A program made the translations under genes and the position numbers. Below the pieces are notes generated by a model, which made no database searches, had not been told where the DNA came from, and saw only the letters and a list, made by a program, of their open reading frames with translations. A stretch of DNA of 36,269 nt, from NCBI GenBank assembly GCA_963807635.1, contig CAWEDJ010000056.1, positions 1 through 36,269 of the forward strand. Direction: 5' to 3'. Positions 11,539 to 21,882 of the stretch are shown one piece after another; within the stretch, counting starts at the first letter, position 1; every line of letters starts with the position of its first letter. The stretch comes from an uncultured cyanobacterium. GTDB taxonomy: Bacteria; Cyanobacteriota; Cyanobacteriia; Cyanobacteriales; Microcystaceae.

Positions 11539-11567
11539 CTGACAAAACAAAAATGTTGTGTTATTAT
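11539..11567 (+). promoter_or_regulatory. Promoter of the NTase-HTH cassette with an inverted-repeat operator in the spacer
   Basis: cTGACA-N17-TATTAT, with ACAAAACA-N4-TGTTGTGT at 11542..11561. Confidence 0.55.
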
Positions 11568-11618
11568 TGTCGTGACGCTACTTTTTGACTGAAAAAACCA
11601 ATCGATTTTGAACAAACT

Positions 11619-12056
11619 ATGCCCGAATTCAAATTCGACTCTAACGGGAATTTACCCGAAGGGGTTCATCTTGCTACCTGGCAGGAAGTTCAAGAAACGT
11701 TTGGCTTTAATTCCCGTCGCCAAGAATTATTGTCTGGCCTAAAACGAGCTTGTGAATCGTTAAAGCAAGCAGATTGTCCCCGAATTTATATCGGTGGAAG
11801 TTTTGTTACCAATAAAGAACTTCCAGGCGATTTTGATGTTTGTTGGGCAGATGAAACCGTCGATCTTGAACGATTAGAAGAAATAGACCCAGTGTTACTC
11901 GATCTTACGAATAAACGTGCCGCTCAAAAAGCGAAATATGGGGGCGAACTCTTTCCTGCTAGTCTTACTGAGGGCAAATCAAAGAAAAAGTTTCTGGACT
12001 TTTTTCAGACTGCTCGCAATGGAGAACCGCAAGGAATTATTGCAGTTGATTTATAA
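11619..12056 (+). CDS. Small nucleotidyltransferase-fold protein (DUF6932-like)
   Basis: FDSNGNLPEGVH N-terminus and Pol-beta-type GS..DxD motif IYIGGSFVTNKELPGDFDVCW. C-terminal FLDFFQTARNGEPQGII. Confidence 0.75.
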   Translation: MPEFKFDSNGNLPEGVHLATWQEVQETFGFNSRRQELLSGLKRACESLKQADCPRIYIGGSFVTNKELPGDFDVCWADETVDLERLEEIDPVLLDLTNKRAAQKAKYGGELFPASLTEGKSKKKFLDFFQTARNGEPQGIIAVDL

Positions 12057-12111
12057 GGAAAGAGAGAAATTATTAAATGTTTTATAACTTTTATTTTCTA
12101 ATAGATTCATC

Positions 12112-12549
12112 ATGATCCAAAACGAACGACAATATCGAATTACGAAATCAAAGCTTAAGGAGTTTGAGGCGGCTGTTAATGAGTTAAATGGACTCGATCA
12201 ACCGCCTACTCGTAATGAACAACTTCGTCTTAAGCTTCATATTGATGCTTTATCGAGTCAAATTGAAGAATTCCAAGAAGAAATTGCTGAGTATGAAACT
12301 TTGCAACAGGGAAAACTTGAACAATTAACCCTGGAATCCTTTGATGAATTACCTCAAGCCTTAATTAAAGCCCGCATAGTACGAGGACTGACTCAGGAGA
12401 AATTAGCGGAAATTCTAGAAGTCAAACCCCAACAGGTACAACGGGATGAGGCAAATCTCTATGCAGGGGCAAGTTTTAGCAAATTACTCGCCATTCAAAA
12501 AGCCTTACATTTAGAAATTAAACCCAAGGTTATTTTTCAACAATGTTAG
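12112..12549 (+). CDS. XRE-family HTH protein with N-terminal coiled coil (HigA-like antitoxin)
   Basis: MIQNERQYRIT start, helical hairpin, and HTH LIKARIVRGLTQEKLAEILEVKPQQVQRDEA. Confidence 0.85.
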   Translation: MIQNERQYRITKSKLKEFEAAVNELNGLDQPPTRNEQLRLKLHIDALSSQIEEFQEEIAEYETLQQGKLEQLTLESFDELPQALIKARIVRGLTQEKLAEILEVKPQQVQRDEANLYAGASFSKLLAIQKALHLEIKPKVIFQQC

Positions 12550-13469
12550 GGCAAAATTTGGCTGTGGGCGATCGCGTTTTATCTGAACAAACGTTGGAAC
12601 CACAAGCCACCGAGGATGGTTCTTTTACCTTTTTTTCGGACGAATTTCAGGAAAAATTCCATTCCCAATCGGGCGCGAAACAGGAGTCTGAAGGCAAGTT
12701 TGTGGTTGCTTGCCAATTAGCCCAAAAAGCTTCTCAAACAGACCATCTGTGTTTACTCGATATTTGCTATGGTTTGGGTTACAACAGTGCCAGTGCCTTA
12801 GAGAGTATTTGGTTAGTTAATCCTCAATGTCGTGTGACCTTGATCGCCCTAGAACTGGATCTAAATATTCCGCGTCAGGCGATCGCTTATCATCTGTTAG
12901 ATCAATGGGCCGATCCCATTCCCCAATGGTTAAAAAAGTTAGCCCTAGAAGGTCGGGTCGAAAATCCTCTTTTAAAAGCAGAATTATTGGGCGGCGATGC
13001 CCGTTTAACCCTTCAACAATTTAAGTCATCAGGATTTAAAGCAGATGCTATTTTTCTTGACCCTTTTTCGCCTCCTAAATGTCCCCAACTCTGGACAGTG
13101 GAATTTTTGACTCTACTTGCTCAATCCCTAGCGATCGAGGGAAAATTGGCAACCTATTCCTGCGCGGCTTCGGTACGAACAGCTTTGAGTTTAGCGGGAT
13201 TAAAATTTGGGGCAGGTGTTCAGGTAGGAAAGCGATCGCCTGGAACGGTGGCAAATTTTACGGGCAAAGATTTACCGCCGATTTCTGACCAAGAACAAGA
13301 ACATTTACAAACTCGTGCAGCGATCGCCTATCGAGATCCTGATTTACAAGATTCTGCCGAGACTATTGTGGAGCGAAGAAAAGCTGAACAGGAAACGAGT
13401 GACCTAGAGCCGACTAGTCATTGGAAAAAGCGTTGGCTCAGGCATTCATCTCCAATTAATCCAAAATAG
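12543..13469 (+). CDS. MnmC/MnmD-like tRNA mnm5s2U34 SAM methyltransferase domain protein
   Basis: TEDGSFTFFS..F.EKFHS..GA, LDICYGLGYN, DAIFLDPFSPPKCPQLWT and LATYS. Start uncertain. Confidence 0.82.
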   Translation: MLGQNLAVGDRVLSEQTLEPQATEDGSFTFFSDEFQEKFHSQSGAKQESEGKFVVACQLAQKASQTDHLCLLDICYGLGYNSASALESIWLVNPQCRVTLIALELDLNIPRQAIAYHLLDQWADPIPQWLKKLALEGRVENPLLKAELLGGDARLTLQQFKSSGFKADAIFLDPFSPPKCPQLWTVEFLTLLAQSLAIEGKLATYSCAASVRTALSLAGLKFGAGVQVGKRSPGTVANFTGKDLPPISDQEQEHLQTRAAIAYRDPDLQDSAETIVERRKAEQETSDLEPTSHWKKRWLRHSSPINPK

Positions 13470-13473
13470 TGAG

Positions 13474-14688
13474 CTATTCGGAGGTCACTTGCCCGCCCCA
13501 TCGGTCTTGGGGTAAGAAAACACGGTCTTTGGGTAAGGGCATTACGGATTCGGCGAGGAGAAATTCCCCTGCTTCGATCCAGCTTTTGAGTTCCTGGGCC
13601 ACTTCCCGCGATCGCGCCATACTGGCCAAGGGAGCCACTCGGACGGGTTTACCATCGAGGGTAATTTTGCCACTTTTGAGTTGGGCGTAGGTGACTAAAC
13701 CAAAAGTGGGACGGACTCGACGAGGAATGGAAAAATCAATGACGGGAGCGACAATTTCTTCATCTCGGACGGCGCAATGTTCGATCACTTTTTCCGTCAG
13801 AACGGGCAAGGGAATCCCGACTCCCAACATTAAGGAGGTTCCATAATTTTTGAAATAGCAACCGCGCACCCAACGGGGCTTCATTTGTTTTGCGTCACCA
13901 ATCAGGGCTAACGTTGCGGCTGGGCCAATGGGAGTTTGATTGGGTAAACGTTTTTGCAACGGAAAATGTTGGGTTCCTTCCCAGGCGACATAGCCCACGC
14001 CTCCCCCTAAAAAAATACGACTACCGATACCAATAACCTCTAATTCGGGATCATTAAATAAAGGGGAAATTGCACCAGGATTAGAAAAAACCGCATTACC
14101 CAATTGGGGTTGCAATGGCCCGAGATAGGTATAAAGTTGGCGATCGCCGCCATTGACCCCGACAATAAAATTTTGATAAAGATTACGAGGATTATATAAA
14201 TAAAATTGATTAATGGTTTTGCTACTAATGGTCGTTTCTAAGGATGTACGAGGATAACAATCCGTCACTTGACCGATCGCTCGCAAAGAAACCGATTTTC
14301 CTGCAATTAAATCTTCAATTACATGACCGCCGCCCCTTTCTACCTGGGCCATGCTAGGGCGAAATTCCCCATCAAAAATATCTCCGCTACTGGTGTAATC
14401 CATCATCGCCGTCGCGCCCAGGGACAAATCAACCGCTCCAAACGCAGAATAGGCGGGAATGCCATCGATCCAACACTGGCGGATTTTAATCGGTGGGTCG
14501 GTATGTCCCAAATTAATGATGGCTCCAGAGGATTCCATCGGTTCAAAGGTTCCTGTACAAACCACATCAACCTGTTTGAAAACCTTATTTACCCCAATTT
14601 CTAGAACCTTAGCTTTAACTTCTTCGGCTGTCCAAACAACGGCTTTTTTCAGACGAATCTTTTCATTAATTTCGGCAATGGTACGCAT
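13474..14688 (-). CDS. DUF39 homocysteine biosynthesis protein (aspartate-semialdehyde sulfurtransferase family)
   Basis: MRTIAEINEKI, VDVVCTGTFEPMESSG, GGGHVIEDL, VTDCYPR, NPRNLYQN and EGTQH. Confidence 0.85.
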   Translation of the reverse strand: MRTIAEINEKIRLKKAVVWTAEEVKAKVLEIGVNKVFKQVDVVCTGTFEPMESSGAIINLGHTDPPIKIRQCWIDGIPAYSAFGAVDLSLGATAMMDYTSSGDIFDGEFRPSMAQVERGGGHVIEDLIAGKSVSLRAIGQVTDCYPRTSLETTISSKTINQFYLYNPRNLYQNFIVGVNGGDRQLYTYLGPLQPQLGNAVFSNPGAISPLFNDPELEVIGIGSRIFLGGGVGYVAWEGTQHFPLQKRLPNQTPIGPAATLALIGDAKQMKPRWVRGCYFKNYGTSLMLGVGIPLPVLTEKVIEHCAVRDEEIVAPVIDFSIPRRVRPTFGLVTYAQLKSGKITLDGKPVRVAPLASMARSREVAQELKSWIEAGEFLLAESVMPLPKDRVFLPQDRWGGQVTSE

Positions 14689-14702
14689 ATCAATTTATTT
14701 TT

Positions 14703-14727
14703 TGTAGGGACGTATCGCGATCGCCCT
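14703..14727. repeat. GTAG-type REP-like short palindrome containing HIP1
   Basis: tgtagggacgtatcgcgatcgccct in the lepA/DUF39 spacer. Confidence 0.4.
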
Positions 14728-14749
14728 TTGGTAATTTTCAAGGAAACAA

Positions 14750-16564
14750 TTAAGTTTGTTGTTCTAATTTCAAAACTGCCATAAACGCTTCTTGGGGAAC
14801 ATCCACCGTGCCAATCGATTTCATTCGTTTTTTCCCCTTAGCTTGCTTTTGTAATAACTTTTTCTTCCGAGAAATATCACCGCCATAACATTTAGCTAAA
14901 ACATCTTTACGCAAAGCGGGAATACTTTCACTGGCAATCACCTTGGAACCGATCGCGGCTTGGATGGGAACCTTAAATTGATGGCGGGGAATGAGTTCTT
15001 TTAATTTTTCTACCAAGGCCCGACCGACATAATAGGCCTTATCCCGATGGACAATCATCGCTAAAGCATCGACCCCATCTCCATTGACCAAAATATCGAG
15101 TTTGACTAAGGCATTTTCCCGATAACCAATGAGTTTGTACTCCATACTGGCATAACCCCTGGAACGGGATTTTAATTGATCAAAAAAGTCCGTCACCACT
15201 TCCGCCAAAGGCAATTCATAAATTAGAGCCGTCCGAGTTTTGGTGAAATAACGCATATCCACAAAAACACCCCGACGACCTTGACAGAGTTCCATCAACG
15301 TTCCCACATAGGTTTCAGGGGTAATCATTTCCACCTGAATATAGGGTTCTTCGAGTTTGAGACGTTCCTGAATGGGCGGCAATAAACTGGGATTGTCCAC
15401 TTCAATTACTTCCCCATCCATTCTGGTGACTCGATAAACCACCGAGGGGGCGGTCGTAATCAAATCCAGATTATATTCCCGTTCCAGGCGTTCCTGGACA
15501 ATTTCCATGTGCAATAATCCCAAAAATCCACAACGAAAACCAAACCCCATCGCGCTAGAGGTTTCGGGTTCGTAGGAAAGGGCCGCATCATTGAGTTTTA
15601 ATTTTTCTAAAGAATCCCGCAGATCGGAATATTGGTCGGCATCAATGGGAAATAGCCCACAAAATACCATTGGATTGGCTTCGGTGTAACCAGGCAAGGC
15701 TTCGGCGGCGGGAGTATGCACCAATGTAATGGTATCGCCCACCCGCGCATCGGCCACGGCTTTAATGGCGGCGGCAAAATAGCCCACTTCTCCTGCATGG
15801 AGTTCATCTACTTGAATTTGAGTTGGGGATAAAATACCTAATTCATCAATGACATATTCTTTTCCCGATGCCATTAAACGCACTTTATCGCCTTTTTTAA
15901 CCCGCCCATCCATCACCCGAAAATAAACAATTACTCCCCGATAGGCATCGTAATAACTATCAAAAATTAGGGCGCGTAGAGGCTGATCTACGGTGTCAGC
16001 AGGGGGCGGAACCAGATGGACAATGGATTCAAGAATCTCATTAATGCCAATACCCGCTTTTGCTGATGCTTGAATAATTTGACTACAATCTAAGCCTACG
16101 ACTTCTTCAATTTCTGCCGCAATTTTTTCAGGTTCGGCACTGGGTAAATCAATTTTATTTAAAACAGGAATAATTTCTAAATTATTATCTAAAGCCAAAT
16201 AAACATTGGCCAAAGTCTGGGCTTCTACGCCCTGGGTCGCATCTACCACTAATAAAGCTCCCTCACAGGCGGCCAGCGATCGCGACACTTCGTAGGAAAA
16301 ATCCACGTGGCCAGGGGTATCAATCAGGTTTAAAACGTAATCCTGACCGTCCTTGGCTTTGTAGTTCATGCGAGCGGCTTGCAATTTAATCGTAATGCCC
16401 CGTTCCCGCTCCAAATCCATGTTATCGAGAAATTGTTCCTTCATTTCCCGTTGCTGGACGGTTCCCGTAATCTGTAACATCCGATCGGCGAGGGTCGATT
16501 TTCCGTGATCGATGTGGGCAATGATGGAAAAGTTACGAATGTGAGAGACAGGAACGTCGGTCAT
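14750..16564 (-). CDS. lepA: Elongation factor 4
   Basis: [45 protein letters not shown] and [14 protein letters not shown]. Confidence 0.98.
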   Translation of the reverse strand: MTDVPVSHIRNFSIIAHIDHGKSTLADRMLQITGTVQQREMKEQFLDNMDLERERGITIKLQAARMNYKAKDGQDYVLNLIDTPGHVDFSYEVSRSLAACEGALLVVDATQGVEAQTLANVYLALDNNLEIIPVLNKIDLPSAEPEKIAAEIEEVVGLDCSQIIQASAKAGIGINEILESIVHLVPPPADTVDQPLRALIFDSYYDAYRGVIVYFRVMDGRVKKGDKVRLMASGKEYVIDELGILSPTQIQVDELHAGEVGYFAAAIKAVADARVGDTITLVHTPAAEALPGYTEANPMVFCGLFPIDADQYSDLRDSLEKLKLNDAALSYEPETSSAMGFGFRCGFLGLLHMEIVQERLEREYNLDLITTAPSVVYRVTRMDGEVIEVDNPSLLPPIQERLKLEEPYIQVEMITPETYVGTLMELCQGRRGVFVDMRYFTKTRTALIYELPLAEVVTDFFDQLKSRSRGYASMEYKLIGYRENALVKLDILVNGDGVDALAMIVHRDKAYYVGRALVEKLKELIPRHQFKVPIQAAIGSKVIASESIPALRKDVLAKCYGGDISRKKKLLQKQAKGKKRMKSIGTVDVPQEAFMAVLKLEQQT

Positions 16565-16759
16565 ACGGTTTCAGCACGAAGGAAATAAATCTTTTTCTAT
16601 TGTAATCGGTTCTGTTGCTTGGTGACAAAAGTTGAGAAGTTTCTAATTTTGAATCGAATATTTCTGTTTACTCTTACATTATTATTTTGAAATTACTAAG
16701 ATAGTAATTTTTTTAGGCAAATCAATGTTGAATAACTCTTTTTGAGAGATTAAAATTTA

Positions 16760-18404
16760 CTAAAAATTGAACAGAAAATGTTGATTTTTTAAAAAGACAC
16801 GGGCGCAATTTCGTCCTGGCATTCCCGAAATAGACCCCCCTGGATGAGTCCCTGCTCCCGTTAAGTATAAATTTTTAATGGGAGTTTGGTAATTGGCAAT
16901 TTCGGGCAATGGTCGTAAAAAAATCATCTGATCGAGGGTCATATCCATATGATAATAATTCCCTTTATAGGTTCCCAATCTTTCTCCTAATTCTGCGGGA
17001 CTTTCTACCCGACGGGCAATGATCGATTGTTTAATATTGGGAGCGTAATCTGCTAATTTGTCGATCACGCGATCGGCTACTTTATTTTTCAACTCATCCG
17101 TCCAACCTGTCCCGTTTAACCCCGTTCCTTCGGCTCCCGCAATTTGATAGGGCGCGAAAAATTCAATCCACAGGGTATGTTTCCCCGACGGAGCCATTGA
17201 GGGATCGAGCATGGTCGGCACATCTAAATATAAAGAGGGATTGCGATCGGGAATTTGTCCATCATGGGTAAGGCATGGGCCTGTTCCACATGGAGCATGG
17301 AGTCGGCAATTAAAATTGTTCCCATTGAATATTCTTCGCGATCGCCATGATTTATAAAACGGGGAGCTTCTGAGAGGGCGCAATCAATTTTGAGTATAGT
17401 TTCATTATTGTTGACAATGCGGCGATCAACCCGTTCTCGTAATTCAGGATCGGCTTCATCGATCGCGCCTGGCTCAATTAATTGGAGAAATAAACGCCTA
17501 GCATCCAGGTTAGAAATAACGCCTTTGCGAGCATGATAAATTTTGCCATCCTGGACTTCAACTCCTACTGCCACCCCATTTTCCACTAGAACTCGTTTAA
17601 CCGTTTGATCAGTGACGCATTTTCCGCCTTTTGCTAAAACTAACTTTAATAAAGCTTGGGTTAAGGCTCCTGTTCCCCCTTTCGGACGAGCAACTCCTGG
17701 ATTATGACGCATAGCCATCATCATCATTCCCGAAGTAATTCCTTTCTGGGAAGGAGGTGCGCCAATTTCTGCGGGCGAATCGGGCCAGGGGAGCCTTCAC
17801 AACTTCCGTATCAAACCATTCATTTAAAATATCTTCAGGGGAAGTGATCATTGTCCGAATGAAATCCATCGCTTTTTTCGGACTTCCTGCGACCTTGAAG
17901 ACTTTTTGCAGACTTTTAAGATCGTAGGCTCGGATGATTTCTAATAAAGCCTGGGCGGAATATTAAAAATTGGGCAGATAGCTCCCATTAAATCTGTCCA
18001 ATATTGGATAAATTCTCGATATTTTTGGGCATCGCGGCGACTATAGCGGGCAATTTCGGCACAGGTTTTGTCCAGGTCACGGTGCGCTAGAAAATATTTT
18101 CCATCGGGCTGGGGACAGAAAACAGTCGGATCAAAAAAAAGATATTCTAGTCCATATTTTTTCAGTTCTAATTCCTGAATGACGGGGCCTAGAAAATAAA
18201 TTCGTGATCAATGGCGCAGAGATTAAATTTAAAACCAGGGGCATCGTCGAGAATCGCTTCTTCTGTAGTGGCGGCTCCCCCAGGAACGGAGCGTTTTTCC
18301 AATAGAAGGACGCTATAGCCCGCTTTTAGCAGATAGGCCGCACAAACTAAACCATTGTGGCCTGCTCCAATGATAATGGCATCATAGGTTTCCATTAAAG
18401 TCAT
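16760..18404 (-). CDS. crtO: Beta-carotene ketolase (CrtO-type phytoene dehydrogenase family), several frameshifts
   Basis: IIGAGHNGLVCAAYL, FNLCAIDHEFI, MRHNPGVARPKGGTGAL, NNNETILKID, KHTLWIEFFAPY and LYLTGAGTHPGGSISGMPGRNCA. Confidence 0.88.
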
Positions 18405-18722
18405 ATTCGGGGTTTAGCGTGGTATCAAAAATATTCATACTTAAGTAGTTTACAACTGTTATTTCGCCCCAAACCGCAAGAGATTAAACCCTAAAAGATT
18501 ACAATTCTTATGCTAAATCTGGATTTAGTCGTTATATAATTAAGCATAATCTATTTATGTTATTTATAGGTAATGTGATCGCTTACTCTTTGACTATTCA
18601 TATAATTATTAATATTATTTGACAAATATCTAATCTATTGATATCTGTCCCTCATTGAGTAAAGGAATTGGTATCATTACTGAATGGTTAGTTGTGTCGT
18701 TAAACTATTGTTAAATTGATCT

Positions 18723-19049
18723 ATGGCTACTAATATTATTGTAATCGAACCATCGGGAATTTTGGACGGAACTAAGGCGGCAAAGTTTTGCCAAGAGATT
18801 GATCAACTAGTAATGAATCGGGTTGATATTATTGTAGTTGATTTTAAAAATGTAACATTTATGGATAGTTCGGGCTTAGGGGCGTTAGTGCAATCTCTGA
18901 AAATGACTCGTGAAGTGAATGTGAAATTACTCCTCTGTTCCTTTAATGATCAGATCAAAATGTTATTTGAATTGACGAGCATGGATCGGGTTTTTGAAAT
19001 TTTTGCTGAAAGAGAAGAGTTAGAACAAAAAATTAATACGAACTCCTGA
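18723..19049 (+). CDS. STAS-domain anti-sigma factor antagonist (RsbV/SpoIIAA-like)
   Basis: PSGILDG, VTFMDSSGLGALV (phosphoacceptor Ser) and LFELTSMDRVF. Confidence 0.92.
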   Translation: MATNIIVIEPSGILDGTKAAKFCQEIDQLVMNRVDIIVVDFKNVTFMDSSGLGALVQSLKMTREVNVKLLLCSFNDQIKMLFELTSMDRVFEIFAEREELEQKINTNS

Positions 19050-19169
19050 AATTCGCGCAAGACATAGGATAGAAATCTTCTAGGCGATCGCGTTTAATAT
19101 TTTTCGCTAAAATCTTCTATTTTAAAAGCTTGTTTGATCGACGAATGGGAATTTTTTTGACTTCAATTT

Positions 19170-20330
19170 TTAATGAAAATCCACTTGAATAATGGATAAA
19201 TCATCATCTAAAATCGTCTTATGGTAATGGGCTTCTAGGGACTTCAGCAAATTATCTAAGTTATGATTTTTTTGAGATTGATGGGCTTTGAGCAGGGGGA
19301 TGAAATTTTCAATTCCTAGAAAAATACCGTTTTCCCTCTCGACTTCATAAATGCCGTCACTAAAAATATAAAGACTAGCAGGAGAGGAAATAATATAACT
19401 TTTTTCGGCATACTCGATATTGGGAAACATTCCGATGGGTAATCCCTGGGTTTTTAATTGTTTTTCCAGTTTCTTCTCCTGCGGTAATCCTTCTAATAAA
19501 ATTGCGGGAGGATGGCCTGCGCTTGCGTAGGTTAATTTCCTTTTAGAACAATTATAAACCCCATACCAAATTGTGAAGTATTTATCATTTTTACTAGTAA
19601 TTTGAAATACTTGATTGAGTTCTCTGAGGACACTACTCGGTTGATAATAATTCACTTGGTTTAATTTTTGAGAACGCAATAAATTGATGACAGAAATAGA
19701 AGGGAGTGCAGCCCTCAAGCCGTGTCCTGCCACATCTAATAGATAGATTGCTAGGTTATTTTTATCTAACCAAAAATAATCAAACCCGTCGCCGCCGAGT
19801 TGTTGTGACGGAATAAAACGCAGATCAATAGAAAGACTGGGATGAACGAAGGGTTCGGGTAAAATAGAACCAACATAATCAGCCGCTTCTTTTAATTCGG
19901 CTTCTAAAAGTTGCTTTTGTTCTTCTAGCAGTTGTTTTTGTTCTTTTAAATCCTGGCTCAGATTATGAAGTCGTAATCCAGCTCTCACTCTAGCGAGTAA
20001 TTCAGTCGCTTGAAAGGGCTTGAAGAGAAAGTCGTCTGCTCCAGCGTCTAGCCCTTGAACGCGGTCTTCAATGGAAGAGAGAGAGGTTAATAAAATAAAA
20101 AAAGTTGTTGATAATTCGGGCAAGCTTTTGATGGTACGACAAACCTCTAATCCAGAGATATTCGGCATTAACCAATCGCAAATGATGAGGGCGGGATGCT
20201 GTTTTTGGGCTTGGATAATTCCTGCTTCTCCATCGCTGACTACGCTGACAGAATAACCACTTTTGGTCAAAATTCTTTGCAGTAATTGTTGAATGGCAAG
20301 ATCATCATCAATAATTAAAAGTTGTACCAT
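19170..20330 (-). CDS. Response regulator receiver + PP2C (SpoIIE/RsbU) phosphatase
   Basis: LIIDDD, ICDWLMP and GLDAGADDFL, then a coiled coil, LGGDGFD, DVAGHG, SAGHPP, FSDGIYE and DDLS. Confidence 0.92.
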   Translation of the reverse strand: MVQLLIIDDDLAIQQLLQRILTKSGYSVSVVSDGEAGIIQAQKQHPALIICDWLMPNISGLEVCRTIKSLPELSTTFFILLTSLSSIEDRVQGLDAGADDFLFKPFQATELLARVRAGLRLHNLSQDLKEQKQLLEEQKQLLEAELKEAADYVGSILPEPFVHPSLSIDLRFIPSQQLGGDGFDYFWLDKNNLAIYLLDVAGHGLRAALPSISVINLLRSQKLNQVNYYQPSSVLRELNQVFQITSKNDKYFTIWYGVYNCSKRKLTYASAGHPPAILLEGLPQEKKLEKQLKTQGLPIGMFPNIEYAEKSYIISSPASLYIFSDGIYEVERENGIFLGIENFIPLLKAHQSQKNHNLDNLLKSLEAHYHKTILDDDLSIIQVDFH

Positions 20331-20368
20331 AATCACTAAACAAAATTGGTTGTAATTCTATCCTCGTC

Positions 20369-20815
20369 ATGACCATCCTTCAGCACTTTACATTCACGGT
20401 TCAAAGTCAGCTTCCATCTTTGGATCTGGTTTTAGCTAATCTTGAATATTGTCATGAGCCTTGGATTGACAAGCGAGATTGGTCTTGTTGTCAGCTTGTT
20501 TTGGCGGAGGGATTCACGAATGCGGTACGCCATGCTCACAGGGATTTGTCTGCGGAACATTTGATTGAAATTCATATTACCCTTTTTTCTGATGGAATAG
20601 AAATTAAAATTTGGGATGAGGGAGAACCTTTTGATTTATTAAGGTATTCACAAGATTTGTTGCGATCGCCCAATTCCTTTGAGCTAGGAGGAAGAGGGAT
20701 TTTTCTAATGCAAACAATTGCAACCCATTTGAGTTATGAACGGGGAACCGATGAGCGCAATTGTCTATTTATTTCAAGACGATTTTGTACAAATCATCGC
20801 TATGAAAGGGAGTGA
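20369..20815 (+). CDS. RsbW/SpoIIAB-like anti-sigma Ser/Thr kinase (HATPase_c)
   Basis: EGFTNAVRHAH N-box, IWDEGEPFD G1 and GGRGIFLM G2. Confidence 0.88.
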   Translation: MTILQHFTFTVQSQLPSLDLVLANLEYCHEPWIDKRDWSCCQLVLAEGFTNAVRHAHRDLSAEHLIEIHITLFSDGIEIKIWDEGEPFDLLRYSQDLLRSPNSFELGGRGIFLMQTIATHLSYERGTDERNCLFISRRFCTNHRYERE

Positions 20816-20817
20816 AA

Positions 20818-21882
20818 TTACAATAAATCTTTAAATTTTGCGTTTTCTTGCAATAATTTTAAGACGGATTTGATTTCCTGGGTGCGGTCTTTGTTCACAA
20901 CCAGGGTGACGTTGCGATCGCGGACAATCACCACATCCTCTAAGCCAATGGTCACTATCACATCTTGATCATCCTGAGCATACACAATTGCTCCTTGGGT
21001 ATCTAGGGCAACATGATTTCCCAAATCAACATTCTTGTTTTCTCCCTTAAATAATCTTTCCAGGGAATTCCAGTCTCCCAAATCATCCCAACCAAAATCG
21101 GCAGGTAGTACATAGGCCAACCGGGTTTTTTCCATCAGCGCATAATCAATACTTTTCTTTTCGAGCTTAGTATAGGCGGATTTTCCCTCTTTTTCCAGCA
21201 GATTAAGAATATCGGGGGCATGAATAGCCAACTCTTCTAATACCACTCCTGCGCGAAAAATGAACATACCACTATTCCAACTAAAACGCCCTGTTTTCAG
21301 AAAATCTTCTGCGGTATCGCGATCGGGTTTTTCGGTAAAACGAGCGACCTTATAAACCGGTAGTCCCTCAATGGTTGAGGATAATGCGCCTTGTTCGATA
21401 TAGCCAAAGCCCGTTGCAGGAGCATTGGGAGTAATTCCCAGGGTGACAATGGAAGGCTCTTCTAAGGCAAAATTGGCCGCGGCTTTTAAGGTTTTTTCAA
21501 AGGCAGCTTGATCCGCAATCCAGTGATCGGCGGGAAAAAAGGCAACAACGGCCTCATTTCCGTAACGTTTAGCGATTTCTAAGGTTGCCCAGGTCACGGC
21601 GGGTGCGGTATCCTTTCCTTCAGGTTCGATCAATAAATTGGCTTCTGGCAAGTTGGGTAATTGTTCCCTCACCCCATCGGCAATTAAGGCAGACGTGATG
21701 ACCCAGAGGTTTTCCCAGCCCCCCGCTAAGGATAATAGGCGATCGCCCGTCGTTTGGAGAAGACTTTTACCACTACCATCTAAGGACAAAAACTGTTTAG
21801 GACGAAGTTTTCGACTCAAGGGCCAAAAACGCTCTCCCTTTCCCCCTGCAAGAATTACCGGAATCAATGTAGAATTCATCAT
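20818..21882 (-). CDS. manC: Mannose-1-phosphate guanylyltransferase
   Basis: VILAGGKGERFWPLSR..PKQFL, FPADHWI, FTEKP, WNSGMF, SIDYALMEK and WDDLGDW. Confidence 0.93.
   Translation of the reverse strand: MMNSTLIPVILAGGKGERFWPLSRKLRPKQFLSLDGSGKSLLQTTGDRLLSLAGGWENLWVITSALIADGVREQLPNLPEANLLIEPEGKDTAPAVTWATLEIAKRYGNEAVVAFFPADHWIADQAAFEKTLKAAANFALEEPSIVTLGITPNAPATGFGYIEQGALSSTIEGLPVYKVARFTEKPDRDTAEDFLKTGRFSWNSGMFIFRAGVVLEELAIHAPDILNLLEKEGKSAYTKLEKKSIDYALMEKTRLAYVLPADFGWDDLGDWNSLERLFKGENKNVDLGNHVALDTQGAIVYAQDDQDVIVTIGLEDVVIVRDRNVTLVVNKDRTQEIKSVLKLLQENAKFKDLL

Noticed and set aside
11409..11615. Small ORFs upstream of the NTase (68 aa on minus; 49 aa Cys-containing on plus at 11443..11592)
   Set aside because: No RBS or recognisable motif, and they overlap the predicted promoter/operator.
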